Shown here piece after piece: positions 50,760 to 63,315 of a stretch of DNA of 64,000 nucleotides (position 1 is its first letter; every line of letters starts with the position of its first letter). Made by a program: the position numbers and the translations under genes. Below the pieces are notes generated by a model. It was given only the letters and a program-made list of their open reading frames with translations. It did not search any database and had not been told where the DNA came from. The DNA is from Anolis carolinensis (taxonomy: Eukaryota). Location: NCBI RefSeq assembly GCF_035594765.1, contig NW_026943824.1:18347237-18411236 (forward strand), written 5' to 3'.

Positions 50760-53700
50760 CGAGGGTTGAATGAAAAGTAATGCCTCCATCTTCGTAACTC
50801 CTCAACAAGGGGCAGTCCTGGTCTGCGGCAGGTCCTTCCTTGTTCAGTAGACTCTCCTCTACAGTTAGTTCCATTTGGAGGGAAGCCTTAGCATTGAACG
50901 GTTGTGTTGTTAAAGTGTGAAGTTTGGAACCCTGTGCAGACGGGGAAGCCTTAGCATTCAATGGTTGTGTTGTTAAAGGGCGAAGTATGGAACCCTGCGC
51001 AGACGGGGAAGCCTTAGCATTGAACGGTTGTGTTGTTAAAGTGTGAAGTTTGGAACCCTGCGCAGACGGGGAAGCCTTAGCATTGAACAGTTGTGTTGTT
51101 AAAGTGCCAAGTATGGAACCCTGCGCAGACGGGGAAGCCTTAGCATTGAACGGTTGTGTTGTTAAAGTGCCAAGTATGGAACCCTGTGCAGACGGGGAAG
51201 CCTTAGCATTGAACGGTTGTGTTGTTAAAGTGTGAAGTTTGGAACCCTGCGCAGACGGGGAAGCCTTAGCATTGGACGGTTGTGTTGTTAAAGTGTGAAG
51301 TTTGGAACCCTGCGCAGACGGGGAAGCCTTAGCATTGAACAGTTCTGTTGTTAAAGTGCCAAGTATGGAACCCTGCGCAGACGGGGAAGCCTTAGCATTG
51401 AACGGTTGTGTTGTTAAAGGGCGAAGTATGCAACCCTGCGCAGACGGGGAAGCCTTAGCATTGAACGGTTGTGTTGTTAAAGTGTGAAGTTTGGAACCCT
51501 GCGCAGACGGGGAAGCCTTAGCATTCAATGGTTGTGTTGTTAAAGGGCGAAGTATGGAACCCTGTGCAGACGGGGAAGCCTTAGCATTGGACGGTTGTGT
51601 TGTTAAAGTGTGAAGTTTGGAACCCTGCGCAGACGGGGAAGCCTTAGCATTGAACAGTTGTGTTGTTAAAGTGCCAAGTATGGAACCCTGCGCAGACGGG
51701 GAAGCCTTAGCATTGAACGGTTGTGTTGTTAAAGTGCCAAGTATGGAACCCTGTGCAGACGGGGAAGCCTTAGCATTGAACGGTTGTGTTGTTAAAGTGT
51801 GAAGTTTGGAACCCTGCGCAGACGGGGAAGCCTTAGCATTGGACGGTTGTGTTGTTAAAGTGTGAAGTTTGGAACCCTGCGCAGACGGGGAAGCCTTAGC
51901 ATTGAACAGTTCTGTTGTTAAAGTGCCAAGTATGGAACCCTGCGCAGACGGGGAAGCCTTAGCATTGAACGGTTGTGTTGTTAAAGGGCGAAGTATGCAA
52001 CCCTGCGCAGACGGGGAAGCCTTAGCATTGAACGGTTGTGTTGTTAAAGTGTGAAGTTTGGAACCCTGCGCAGACGGGGAAGCCTTAGCATTCAATGGTT
52101 GTGTTGTTAAAGGGCGAAGTATGGAACCCTGTGCAGACGGGGAAGCCTTAGCATTGGACGGTTGTGTTGTTAAAGTGTGAAGTTTGGAACCCTGCGCAGA
52201 CGGGGAAGCCTTAGCATTGAACAGTTGTGTTGTTAAAGTGCCAAGTATGGAACCCTGCGCAGACGGGGAAGCCTTAGCATTGAACGGTTGTGTTGTTAAA
52301 GTGCCAAGTATGGAACCCTGTGCAGACGGGGAAGCCTTAGCATTGAACGGTTGTGTTGTTAAAGTGTGAAGTTTGGAACCCTGCGCAGACGGGGAAGCCT
52401 TAGCATTCAATGGTTGTGTTGTTAAAGGGCGAAGTATGGAACCCTGCGCAGACAGGGAAGCCTTAGCATTGGACTGTTGTGTTGTTAAAGTGTGAAGTAT
52501 GGAACCCTGCGCAGACGGAGAAGCCTTAGCATTGAACGGTTGTGTTGTTAAAGTGCGAAGTATGGAACCCTGCGCAGTCAGTGCAACTTAAGCAACGTGC
52601 AGTCATTGCATTCTTGACAGCAAAAGGTGTCACCCCAAAGGAGATTCCTCAGAGAATGCAAGCCGTTTGTGGTGATTGTGTTGATGTGAGTCCTGTGCGT
52701 TGTTGGGCGAGTAAGTTTGAAGATGTTGAGGTGGGAACATCTGACTTGTGGGACAAACCAAGAGTTGGTCATCCTGTGACAGCAACCACTGAGTTTCACA
52801 AGCAAAAGGTGGACAGATTGATTCAGGACAATCGTCGTATCGCTCAGAGAGAAATTCCAAGCATCATCGGCATTTCACAAGAACGTGTGGCTCATATTAT
52901 TGCTTTGCTTGGCGATCGGATGTTGAAAGAACTGTGAGACACTGGTTGAGGAAACAGAGTGTCGACTTCTTCCGTGACGGCTTTGTCGTTGGCAGAAATG
53001 TATCCAACTGTCTGGTGATTGTGTGGGAAAGTGAATAGTGGTTTTTTAAAGATCACATTCTAAGGATTATTTCTGCACTTGATTTATTAAAATACTAGCT
53101 TGGGAACCTGGCGGTGCCCGGGTCTTTTGAGAAACCTGTGTGCCAAGTTTGGTCCAGATCCGAAGTCGGCTGGGTTCAGTGCTGTCTGTATAAGGGTGAA
53201 CTACAACTCCCAGAGCCAAAGGACAATCACCTCAAAACCCTGCCTGTATGCTCAGTTGGGCATGATGAGACAGTGTCTCAAGTTTGGTCCAGATCCAAAG
53301 TCGGCTGGGTTCAGTGCTGTCTGTGTAAGGGTGAACTACAACTCCCAGAGCAAGAAGTGAGTGAAGCTAATTGGTCCATCCTCCCCCAATCTGCCCCAGG
53401 ACGGAAAGGGATTCATGTGGGTTCTATGTGCCAAGTTAGGTCCAGTTCCGTCACTGGTGGGCTTCAGAGTGGCCTGTGGGTTTTGTAGCGATTGAAAATA
53501 CTACAAATCCCATCATCCATGGTCCATCATCCCGCAAACGGCACCAGGACGTAAAGTGCGTCATGGGGGTTAAGCGTGTCAAGTTTGGTCCAGATCCGTC
53601 ATTCCTGGTGGTCTCAGTGGCCTGTGAAAGTGGCGGCCAATCAGAAAGCTGCCACATACTCGCATACATACATACCCACATACGTATCCGCATACAAACA

Positions 53701-54273
53701 TTCACTTTTATTATATACTAGCTGTGCCCGGCCACGCGTTGCTGTGGCTAGGACTTAATTTTTCTTTTCTTTTTGTTGTATGAACGTAGAGGCGTGGATG
53801 AGAGGTTGTGCTGTCAATTTTCAAGGTTGTGGGGCGTTTAGTTTAGTTGTTTTGTCCGGTGCCGTGATTCCATTACCCTTTTATATATATAGATATAGAG
53901 TAGAGTCTCACTCATCCAAGCCTCGCTTATCCAAGCTTCTGGATTGTCCAAGCCATTTTGTAGACAATGTTTTCAATATATCATGATATTTTGGTGCTAA
54001 GTTCGTAAATACAGTAATTACAACATAACATTACTGCCTATTGAACTACTTTTTCTGTCAAATTTGTTGTCTAACATGATGTTTTGGTGCTTAATTTGTA
54101 AAATCATAACCTAATTTGATGTTTAATAGGCTTCTCCTTAATCCCTCCTTATTATCCAAGGTATTCGCTTATCCAAGCTTCTGACGGCCCGTTTAGCTTG
54201 GATAAGTGAGACTCTACTGTATATAGATATACATAGATTACCATCCAAACCCAAGTAACGAAGGTGGAGGCAT
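50760..54273 (+). mobile_element. Second copy of the same mariner, with expanded minisatellite and nested insertions
   Basis: Left TIR at 50760 and transposase remnant at ~52575-53035. Interrupted at ~53096 by other repeats. The subterminal sequence CCATCCAAACCCAAGTAACGAAGGTGGAGGCAT resumes at 54241 just before the gap. Confidence 0.85.
50880..52576. repeat. 63-bp minisatellite, ~27 units
   Basis: Unit GGGAAGCCTTAGCATTGAACGGTTGTGTTGTTAAAGTGTGAAGTTTGGAACCCTGCGCAGACG. It explains the 563-aa repetitive ORF. Confidence 0.95.
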
Positions 54274-54880
54274 NNNNNNNNNNNNNNNNNNNNNNNNNNN
54301 NNNNNNNNNNNNNNNNNNNNNNNNNNNNNNNNNNNNNNNNNNNNNNNNNNNNNNNNNNNNNNNNNNNNNNNNNNNNNNNNNNNNNNNNNNNNNNNNNNNN
54401 NNNNNNNNNNNNNNNNNNNNNNNNNNNNNNTAGGAAGTGTGAACGCCTTCCTGTGAGGTTTCCTTTGCTGCCTGTAACTCTGTTGGGAAGCTTCCCCAAA
54501 CTTTCTGTCTGTAAGAATTTGCAAAACGTGTCTTGTTGTGGAAAGAAGGATTGGGGATAAAGTTTCAGTGGAGAAGCTTTTCCCCCCTGAGGATAACTTT
54601 TCCAGGAGGGGATTTCCCTTCTTTTCTTTGTCTTCAGTCCCGTTGGGAACCGGGAGTTGTTTGCGAGTGGGGTGCCTGTAACTGGAGGAGAGGATCCTGA
54701 AGTGTAGCCTTTCCTCCTCCTCCTCCTCCTCCTCCTCCTCTTCCTCCTCCTCCTTTCTGAGCTCAACAGGGCGGTGACTTTCCTGGGTCCCTTTTTGCCA
54801 AGGAGGAGGAGGAGAAGTAACGGTCTGGAAGAAGGAAGCAGGCGGAAAAGGAGAGGAGATTTTGCCGGGCTTGGCCTCTT

Positions 54881-55114
54881 GCGCCTCTGCAGCCCAGCCC
54901 AGTCCCGGGACAGGAGAAGCCGCCTCTGCAGCCCAGCCCAGTCCCGGGACAAGAGAAGCCGCCTCTGCAGCCCAGCCCAGTCCCGGGACAAGAGAAGCCG
55001 CCTCTGCAGCCCAGCCCAGTCCCGGGACAAGAGAAGCCGCCTCTGCAGCCCAGCCCAGTCCCGGGACAAGAGAAGCCGCCTCTGCAGCCCAGCCCAGTCC
55101 CGGGACAAGAGAAG
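54881..55114. repeat. 39-bp GC-rich minisatellite, 6 units
   Basis: Unit GCCGCCTCTGCAGCCCAGCCCAGTCCCGGGACAAGAGAA. Confidence 0.92.
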
Positions 55115-55649
55115 CAAGCAAGCAAGCAAGCTAGGAGCCGGCTTCCTCTGCCGTCGGAAAGAGGCCGATGCAAAAAAGAGTAGGAGTTGTCCTTCCTTTC
55201 GAAGACATTGCATGGCTTGAGACTCATGGGCAAGAGTCCCGATGCTGTTGAGCTGCAGTTTTGCATCCTGGGCTTTGCAATTCCTTGCACTTCATTCCCT
55301 GGGAAGGAGGCTGAAACAGGACCGGGTTGTTGCCATCTGTCTCCTTGTGGAGACTAAGCCAGGATGCCAGGCTTAGTCATGGAAAGCTTTGATTCATAGT
55401 GACCTCGTGCATGAGGCGTCCTTCCTGTTCGCAACTGGCCTTGTGTTCGGGATTCCTCTTCTTCAGAGAGCAGGAAAGTGGTCATGAATCGGAGAGGCAG
55501 TTGGAATCTGAGGAGGAGATTTTGCAAGCACCCACATTTCAGGAGAGGCGAAAGAAAACAGAGCAGAGACGTCATTCAGCTAGAATAGCTGTCAGAAATG
55601 CAGCTGAGTAATTAGGAACTGCCTTAGCAGCTGAGAGGAGACTCAGAGC

Positions 55650-56200
55650 TAAAAAGCAGAATCAGGTGCAGCCAGCTCTTGCTGGCAACAAACTGACTCT
55701 AATGCCTAAGCCTTCACTCCTCTTGTGCCTGCTTCGAGTCTGCATCTGGGAAATTGCTCCTAAGGATTTATTGCTGTTTCTTTGTCTGAAGTAAGACTGC
55801 TATTTGAATCTGAGGTTGAGTTGGAATCTGAGGAGGAGAATGGGGGGGACTCAGGGCTATACAGCAGAAGCAGGTGCAGCCAGCTCTTGCTGGGAACAAA
55901 CTGACTCTTTGCTCCCCTTGTGCCTGCTTCGAGTCTGCATCTGGGAAACTGCTCCTAAGGATTTATTGCTGTTTCTTTGTCTGAAGTAAGACTGCTATTT
56001 GAATCTGAGGGTGAGTTGGAATCTGAGGAGGAGACTGGGAGGGGACTCAGGGCTATAAAGCAGAAGCAGGTGCAGCCAGCTCTTGCTGGCAACAAACTGA
56101 CTCTTTGCTCCCCTTTTGCCTGCTTCGAGTCTGCATCTGGGAAACTGCTCCTAAGGATTTATTGCTGTTTCTTTGTCTGAAGTAAGACTGCTATTTGATT
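55650..56200. repeat. Three ~200-bp tandem copies inside a probable LTR-like insertion (~55246-56341)
   Basis: CAGGTGCAGCCAGCTCTTGCTGG...TCTGAAGTAAGACTGCTATTTGA occurs three times. The LTR assignment (TG...CA ends) is tentative. Confidence 0.6.
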
Positions 56201-56433
56201 TGGGAATTTATCATAGACTAAGAACTGTGCTTGCCCTAAGACTTCCTTGCTTCCTTTTGCATTATTCCACTGAGTGTGCTGTACTTTATGTTTTGCTGTT
56301 TTAAGTGTTTTAAGGCTGTTCTTGAAAGACAAAACAGGACACCTTGAGAGACGGACAGAGAGACAGAGACTAAGAACCCCATGCGCCCAGAGTTGGGCAC
56401 CATGCACTCTTCGCATACTCAGAAACCCCCTCG

Positions 56434-57861
56434 ATGCCAGCCATGACTACAGCCTCCTCCTCCTCCTCGTATTACCGCCTCAACGAGCGGGTCTTCTGGC
56501 CTTTGGCGCTGCTGTGTCTCTGGCAGGCCTGGAGGAGCCGTGCCATTGAAGGCGCCGTGACCTCCTCGTCCTCCTTCCTGAAAGAGCGCTCGTTGTTGCT
56601 GCTGGTGGTCCTGCTGCTGTTGGGCGCCTGGGCCTTGAGGCGACGTCTCCGTTGCCAGCAAGGTGCCAAGGAGGCGAGAGTGGTGCAGTCCTCGAGGGTC
56701 GAAAGCAAGACTCGTGGCGGTCGTCGCTTGGCCTTGGAGGCCTTCTCCGCCGAGCAGCAGCTTCTCCGTCCGTCCCCGCACGTCTTGGGCCACAGCAAGG
56801 CACGCCTGGCCCAGGTGGCGGCTGCGCTGGCCAAGGCCGGGAGAGAAGGAAGACCCTCGGGGATGTCGCTGCGGGGCGACTGGGTCCTGGGTGGTGCCCA
56901 CAAACAGCCTCGACGACCCGGTGCCGCCTTCGAGGTGCTACTGCCCTTGCGCCTCCCGCTGGGAGTCCGCCTCCGAGTGGCCCCCTCCGAGGACCCCCGA
57001 GGGGTCTTCTCCTGCGCTCTGGAGGTCTCTCTCAAGGAAGACGGGGCCGCAGTCGGGGCGCTGTGTGTCGAGGGGCCCCAAGGAGACACCTGCTTGTCGT
57101 CAGCTCTGACCCTGCGCTGGTTCGCGGCCCAACTGAAGCGGAGCCTGCGGGCGGTGCGTTGCGGTCTGCAGGAGCAGCCGAGCCTGGACGCGGGCCCCGG
57201 ACGGGCCCCAATCCTCCGCCTCGGCCCCTGCCCCGACGACTACGTCTGCAGCCACCTCTGCCTGTCCTTACGCCTCATCCCGGCCCTCCCTGTCGGCAAG
57301 GGCCTCTTCTTGACCCCTTTGCCGGGCCACCAAGGTGCCCTCTGGACGCTGGACACCTCCCGCCTGTGGGACTGGGTGCGGGAACATGCCCCCCAAGACG
57401 CCTGCCACCTCCAGTGCCTCCGGATCCTGGAGGGGCTCCGGGACCGCACCGGGCACGCCTTGGGGCCCCCGTTGCGCAAGCAGTGGAGCCGGATCCTCCG
57501 CTTTGAGGTCCTGGAGATGGCCCTCCTGCGCCTGCTTCTGTTGCAGCGAGGTCCTTGGGGTGCCTGGGGTGGACGGCGGCTGGAGGAGCGCCTGGGGGAG
57601 CTGGTGGCCTTCCTGGTAGGTGCTCTGCAGAAGCGCAGGATGATGCATCTTTTCCTGGGCAGCGGCGCCAGTCGGCTCCCCCCGGCTCTGGGCCTGCCCC
57701 GGATGCTCAAGGAGGCCGACCCCGTCAACCTCCTGGCCGGCTTTGAGGAGCCCTCCTTGGACCGGGTGGCCCTCCGGCTGTGGGACGCCTGGCAGCAGGC
57801 CGAGACCCTCCTGGGCGGGAACGAGGCTCGCTACCAGGACGGCAGGAAGCACCCCCACTGA
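56434..57861 (+). CDS. ITPRIPL2: ITPRIP-like 2, intronless, N-terminal hydrophobic segments plus Mab-21/cGAS-like fold
   Basis: 475-aa GC-rich ORF. YRLNERVFWPL, SPHVLGHSKA, LLPLRLP, LSSALTLRWF, DYVCSHLCLSLRLIPA, ACHLQCLRILEGLRD, QWSRIL and PVNLLAGF resemble ITPRIPL2 as I recall it, and it lies downstream of COQ7 as in the human locus. The true start may be the second ATG (56443). Confidence 0.92.
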   Translation: MPAMTTASSSSSYYRLNERVFWPLALLCLWQAWRSRAIEGAVTSSSSFLKERSLLLLVVLLLLGAWALRRRLRCQQGAKEARVVQSSRVESKTRGGRRLALEAFSAEQQLLRPSPHVLGHSKARLAQVAAALAKAGREGRPSGMSLRGDWVLGGAHKQPRRPGAAFEVLLPLRLPLGVRLRVAPSEDPRGVFSCALEVSLKEDGAAVGALCVEGPQGDTCLSSALTLRWFAAQLKRSLRAVRCGLQEQPSLDAGPGRAPILRLGPCPDDYVCSHLCLSLRLIPALPVGKGLFLTPLPGHQGALWTLDTSRLWDWVREHAPQDACHLQCLRILEGLRDRTGHALGPPLRKQWSRILRFEVLEMALLRLLLLQRGPWGAWGGRRLEERLGELVAFLVGALQKRRMMHLFLGSGASRLPPALGLPRMLKEADPVNLLAGFEEPSLDRVALRLWDAWQQAETLLGGNEARYQDGRKHPH

Positions 57862-58675
57862 CACCCTTGGCGAAGAAGCAAGGACGGAGGAGCCTAGAAC
57901 CCTCGAGTTGGAAGGGACCAATTCCCTCCGGCAAAGGCCCGGCCTAGGGAAACGCGGGGTGCGTTGCTGTTTCCTAGAACTTTTGTTTGCCTGCCACTCT
58001 CTCTCTCTGTCTCTGGGCACTGAACCGGGCGCCTCAATAGCGCCCCCAGGGGACTGGCGCCTTCCGCAATTGCGTACTTTGCTTACCGGTTGAGCTGCCC
58101 CTGCTTAGAGGTCACTTAGTGTTATATGAAGTGTACGACTGACATAAGCCATCTCTTTTGTTATTAATATTATTATTTGAAATCACAGTGTATGTGAGGG
58201 AGGTGGTTGAGACTTTCTTTCCCGTCCCCTTCCCATCAGAACGACCTTTGGACGCCTTCCAGCTCCAAACACACGCCAAGAACTGATGTTGGACAGGGAA
58301 CTGGTTGGTATCAATCTTCCCTCCTGTGATCAATCACAGATTCCAAGATGGGGTTGAGTTCTCTTAGAGCTGTGATGGAGGAAGGTGAGTGGGCCGCTTT
58401 CCCTTCTTTCCTCAATCTCAGATTAAAATAGGCCAGTTTGAATGTTGTAATTAATCACCTTGATTAGCATTAAATAGACTCCCCAGCCTCACATCCTGGC
58501 CTGGGAGGAATCCTTTGTTCAGAGTCGTTAGCTGCCCCCTGACTGATTCCTGTCTGGAATTCTTCTGTTTTCAGAGTGCTGCTCCTTATTTGCTGTTCTA
58601 TAATCTGTTACAGAGTGTTATCTGGCAGTGTAGATCCAGCCTAAGCAAATTTCCTGTTGTAAGGAGACGTCAGCA

Positions 58676-59070
58676 ATGCTCCAAAAGTCCCGGTCTTGGC
58701 ACTTAGGGTGCTCACTGCTCCAAATTTCCCAGCCTTGGCACTCAGTGTGCTCGCTGCTCCAAATTTCCCGGCCTTGGCACTCAGGGTGCTCGCCGCTCCA
58801 AATTTCCCGGCCTTGGCACTCAGGGTGCTCGCTGCTTCAAATTTCCCAGCCTTGGCACTCAGGGTGCTCACTGCTCCAAATTTCCCGGCCTTGGCACTCA
58901 GGGTGCTCGCTGCTCCAAATTTCCCAGCCTTGGCACTCAGGGTGCTCACTGCTCCAAATTTCCCGGCCTTGGCACTCAGGGTACTCGCTGCTCCAAATTT
59001 CCCGGCCTTGGCACTCAGGGCACTCGCTGCTCCAAATTTCCCGGCCTTGGCACTCAGGGTGCTTGCTGCC
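58676..59070. repeat. 39-bp minisatellite, ~10 units
   Basis: Unit GGCACTCAGGGTGCTCGCTGCTCCAAATTTCCCGGCCTT. Confidence 0.92.
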
Positions 59071-59558
59071 CCTGGTGCCTTTCACCACAGATAGGGATAA
59101 AGCCCTTGCAAGGCACTTGGAGACTATTTTTAGGGGCTGTTTTGTGTTGTCTGGCCTCTACTTTGGAGATAACGTGCTTGGCGTGACCGCAAGTGCATTC
59201 TTCCTGAAGAAATCAAAGCGAGAGGGCACCCTGTGATTTGGCTTTTATCCCCAGGGCTCGGAGAAGTCTGCTGGTGGCAGGGCGCATGATGGGAGTGCGA
59301 GAGAGCATGCATTCACAACCATGCTGAGTTTGAAACCACAACTACAAACGCAAATCCTGTGACCAAAAATAATAGCACTTTATTTTCATAAATCTATTTT
59401 TTAAAGTAATTTTTAGTCTGCGTTTAAATGTATGAAATGTGTTGTCAAAGGCGTTCAGAGCCAGAATCAGACTTGCTGGCCATGTTCCAGCAAGTATTCC
59501 CTCCTGACGTTTCGCCCACATCTATGGCAGGCATGTTTTTGTATGTCTTGTAATAATG

Positions 59559-59623
<65 letters not shown>

Positions 59624-59821
59624 GAACCTGCTTTGATTGAAGTCAAAAATCAGAAACTCCTCAAAGCACAGCAGACAAAAAAAATCAGTACAAGAAAACC
59701 GCACTACAAACTAGAGCTGACAGCTGGCAAAACAAAGCATCAGTCCTAGACACTTGGGAAGTGTTCGACTTGTGCTTTTGTGATACGAAATCCAGCATGT
59801 CTATCTTGTTTGCTGTGTCAC

Positions 59822-59885
<64 letters not shown>

Positions 59886-60404
59886 TTCTTAGGTACATCC
59901 ATGTATGGAACAAATCGTTGCACTTAACAGAATATCATAGTTGTAAAAATATGCAATGCAATGCAGGATGTCCGTCCGGCAGAAACGACAATTTTGCAGT
60001 TTAGTAACAAATTTTCAGTGTTTTTATGATAGACCCAATTAGGAAATGACATTGATCACCCAGGAACTAGAATGGTTTCACATTGTGTTGTCATTGATCA
60101 GACCCAATGTTTCGTAAAGGTCGCTTTGGACTCAACAGGGCGGAAAACACGCACCAAAAAAGGGAAGCGTGTCACGGGATCCTCAGCCGTGTTTTCCTCC
60201 CGAGACGTTGTGAAAAGAGGAAGAAGCCACGTGTGTTTTCCATGGGTTGCAAAGTTTTTTTGGATGATACCAAAGCACTTGTATTTGGCGTTGTATTGAA
60301 GCACTTACACCAGGCATGGACAAACTTCGGCCCTCCTTCCAAGTGTTTTGGACTGCAACTCCCACCATTCCTAACAGCCTCAGGCCCTTTCCTTTTCCAC
60401 CTCA

Positions 60405-61110
60405 TGTGTGGGAGAGGTTATAGACATTTGATTGTACTGAGCATGTTCAGACTCAGAACTCAATTTTGTACTCAGTCTGCTTTACACCTCAGTGGAGTAA
60501 GTGTGTGGTGTGGGAGGTGTTATAGACATTTGATTGGACTGAGCATGTTCAGGCTCAGAACTCCATTTTGTACTCAGTCTGCTTTACACCTCAGTGGAGT
60601 AAGTGTGTGGTATGGGAGGCGTTATAGACATTTGATTGGACTGAGCATGTTCAGACTCAGAACTCCATTTTGTACTCAGTCTGCTTTACACCTCAGTGGA
60701 GTAAGTGTGTGGCGTGGGAAGGGTTATAGACATTTGATTGGACTGAGCATGATCAGACTCAGAACTCCATTTTGTAGTCAGTCTGCTTTACACCTCAGTG
60801 GAGTAAGTGTGTGGTATGGGAGGCGTTATAGACATTTGATTGGACTGAGCATGTTCAGACTCAGAACTCCATTTTGTACTCAGTCTGCTTTACACCTCAG
60901 TGGAGTAAGTGTGTGGTGTGGGAAGGGTTATAGACATTTGATTGGACTGAGCATGTTCAGACTCAGAACTCCATTTTGTACTCAGTCTGCTTTACACCTC
61001 AGTGGAGTAAGTGTGTGGTGTGGGAGGTGTTATAGACATTTGATTGCACTGAGCATGTTAGGGCTCAGAACTCCATTTTGTACTCAGTCTGCTTTACACC
61101 TCAGTGGAGG
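60405..61110. repeat. 102-bp minisatellite, 7 units, inside a CAGGCATGG-type hAT MITE (~60311-61232)
   Basis: TAGACATTTG recurs at 60421, 60523, 60625, 60727, 60829, 60931 and 61033. Confidence 0.92.
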
Positions 61111-62723
61111 TGGATGCATGTTTGCATTACACTTCAGTGGAGGTTGGATGCATAAGGGGGAAAAGGAAAGGGCCTGAGGCTGTTAGGAATGATGGGAGTT
61201 GAAGTCCAAAACACCTGGAAGGAAGCCATGCCAGATCCACACCATAGACTCAATGCAGTTTGACCCACAGTCAACTGCTGTGACTCAATGCTATGGAATT
61301 ATAATTATTATAATATTATCGTATAGTGATATAGTAATTTAATGCTTATATTGTGCTATGCTAATAATATATTGTATGTACATTTGATTTGTACGTACAA
61401 TATATGTACAACAGGGGAGAAGAGCGGGATATAAATGTAGCAAATAAATAAATAAATTAGGGCACGTGCAATTTAGCAAGGTCCTTAGTTTCCTTTGCCA
61501 AAGAGTCCTGGCGCCTCACCAAACTACAACTCCCATGGTTCCTTAGCATTGAGCCATGACACTATCGATAGGATGGTCTGCAGGAGGACCAGCCATTTGG
61601 TTAGTAGCCAGCTGCAATAAATCACTACTGACCGAGAGGTCATGAGATCGGATTGAGCGCCCGACCATTAAATAGCCTAGCTCGCTGTTGACCAAAGCAG
61701 CCCGAAAGACAGTTGCATCTGTCGAGTAGGAAATATAGGTACCACTTTATGCAGGGAGGCTAATTTAACTAATTTACAACACCATAAAACTGCCAGCAGT
61801 GCGCGGAAAGGAATGAGGAAGTAATACCATCAAGGACTCGGTGTCACAAGTGGCTGGAATCGATCCTACCTTTGTGAAGCTGGAAGCTGGAGGATGTTAA
61901 ATTGCCTCTGTGTCTGTCTATATATGTCGTATGTCTAATGGCATTGAATGTTTGCCACGTATATGTGCCTTGTGATCCGCCCTGGGAATATAAATACTGT
62001 AAATGAATAAATAAATCACGGGATTTTTTAATCTGGGTTTCTTCCTGGTTTTTGGATGTTTGTTCCTGATTGGTCGGTTCCTAAAAATAAGGCGGCACTT
62101 GAGTAGAAGGCACAAACTTTGTCCTGGGAAGAGGAACTTCGTCCTTCGCCTGTTTCATGAAGTTTGTGGCAGGAAAATGAAATTTGCTCATTTGCTAGCT
62201 CGCGGTATTTCACCAAAGTAGGTTGGCCATCCAGTCCAACCCCATTCGGCCAAGAAGCAGGAAAATCGCATTCAAAGCTGTCACTGGCAGCCGAATCCTT
62301 GCAGATGGAAAATGCTTCCCACGTTGTCATCCATGGAAGGATATCTTGGAGTGATTCATTGCGATGACTGGCTTCTCGACAAACTCACAAAAGGCAAGGC
62401 CGTCTGTCATCCAACGGTGGTTGTGCTTCCTGCGTGAGTGGCAGATTGGGGCTGGACTAGATGGCCCCTTGGGGTCCCTTCCAACTCGAGGATTCCATGA
62501 TTCAAGCAGTGAGCATCGCGTCTCCAAGGAAAGCCCAGGAGATGCCAAGCTGGCAAAAAGCTTCAAAAAAATTCTTCATCCTTTTTGTTGGCTTCATCTA
62601 GATGTGTTGTCAGAGGCTTCACTGGGTTGCTGTGCGTTTTTCAGGCTGTACGGCCATTATCCAGTAGCATTCTCTCCTGACATTTCACCCACACCTATGG
62701 CAGGCATCCTCAGACATTATTCC

Positions 62724-62759
<36 letters not shown>

Positions 62760-63263
62760 GTAATGTACATTTGTAGGACTATGTAAACAACAAAACCAGT
62801 GAACCAAATCACACCAAAGTAGCCAATCCCCTTGTTGCCTCTTCTACCTTCTGGACCATAAAAGACATAGTCATCCAATCTATGTCTTTCAAACTATGTC
62901 TTTCAAATCTATGTCTTTCAAACAAAAAAAAAACTAGAAAAATAGTTCAAATTACAGAGGGTGAGGAAGAGCCGTCCCCCCCCCCCTAACTGCCAGTTAG
63001 AAAGGTAGGCTCCGCTGCCTTTAGCCCCCCCTACTGCCTTTAGGCCACGCCCCCTTTGTATCCTAGCAACTCCCTCAGCCAAAATGGCACCCAGGGGTAA
63101 GCTCCCGCTGTTAGCCCCAGCTTCTACCAACCTAGCAGTTCGAAAACATGCAAATGTGAGTAGATCAATAGGTACTGCTCCGGCGGGAAGGTAACGGAAC
63201 TCCATGCAGTGATGCCAGCCACAGGACCTTGGAGGTGTCTATGGATGATGCCTTTACCTTTAC

Positions 63264-63315
<52 letters not shown>

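Noticed and set aside
50719-52410. 563-aa ORF
   Set aside because: Translation of a 63-bp minisatellite inside a mariner element. No sign of a real gene.
54138-55213. 327-aa and 353-aa minus-strand ORFs
   Set aside because: Built from a 39-bp repeat, a (TCC)n tract and an N gap.
56419-58020. Several long ORFs overlapping ITPRIPL2
   Set aside because: Expected shadow ORFs in very GC-rich coding sequence.
60107-61177. 356-aa ORF
   Set aside because: Read-through of a 102-bp minisatellite in a MITE.
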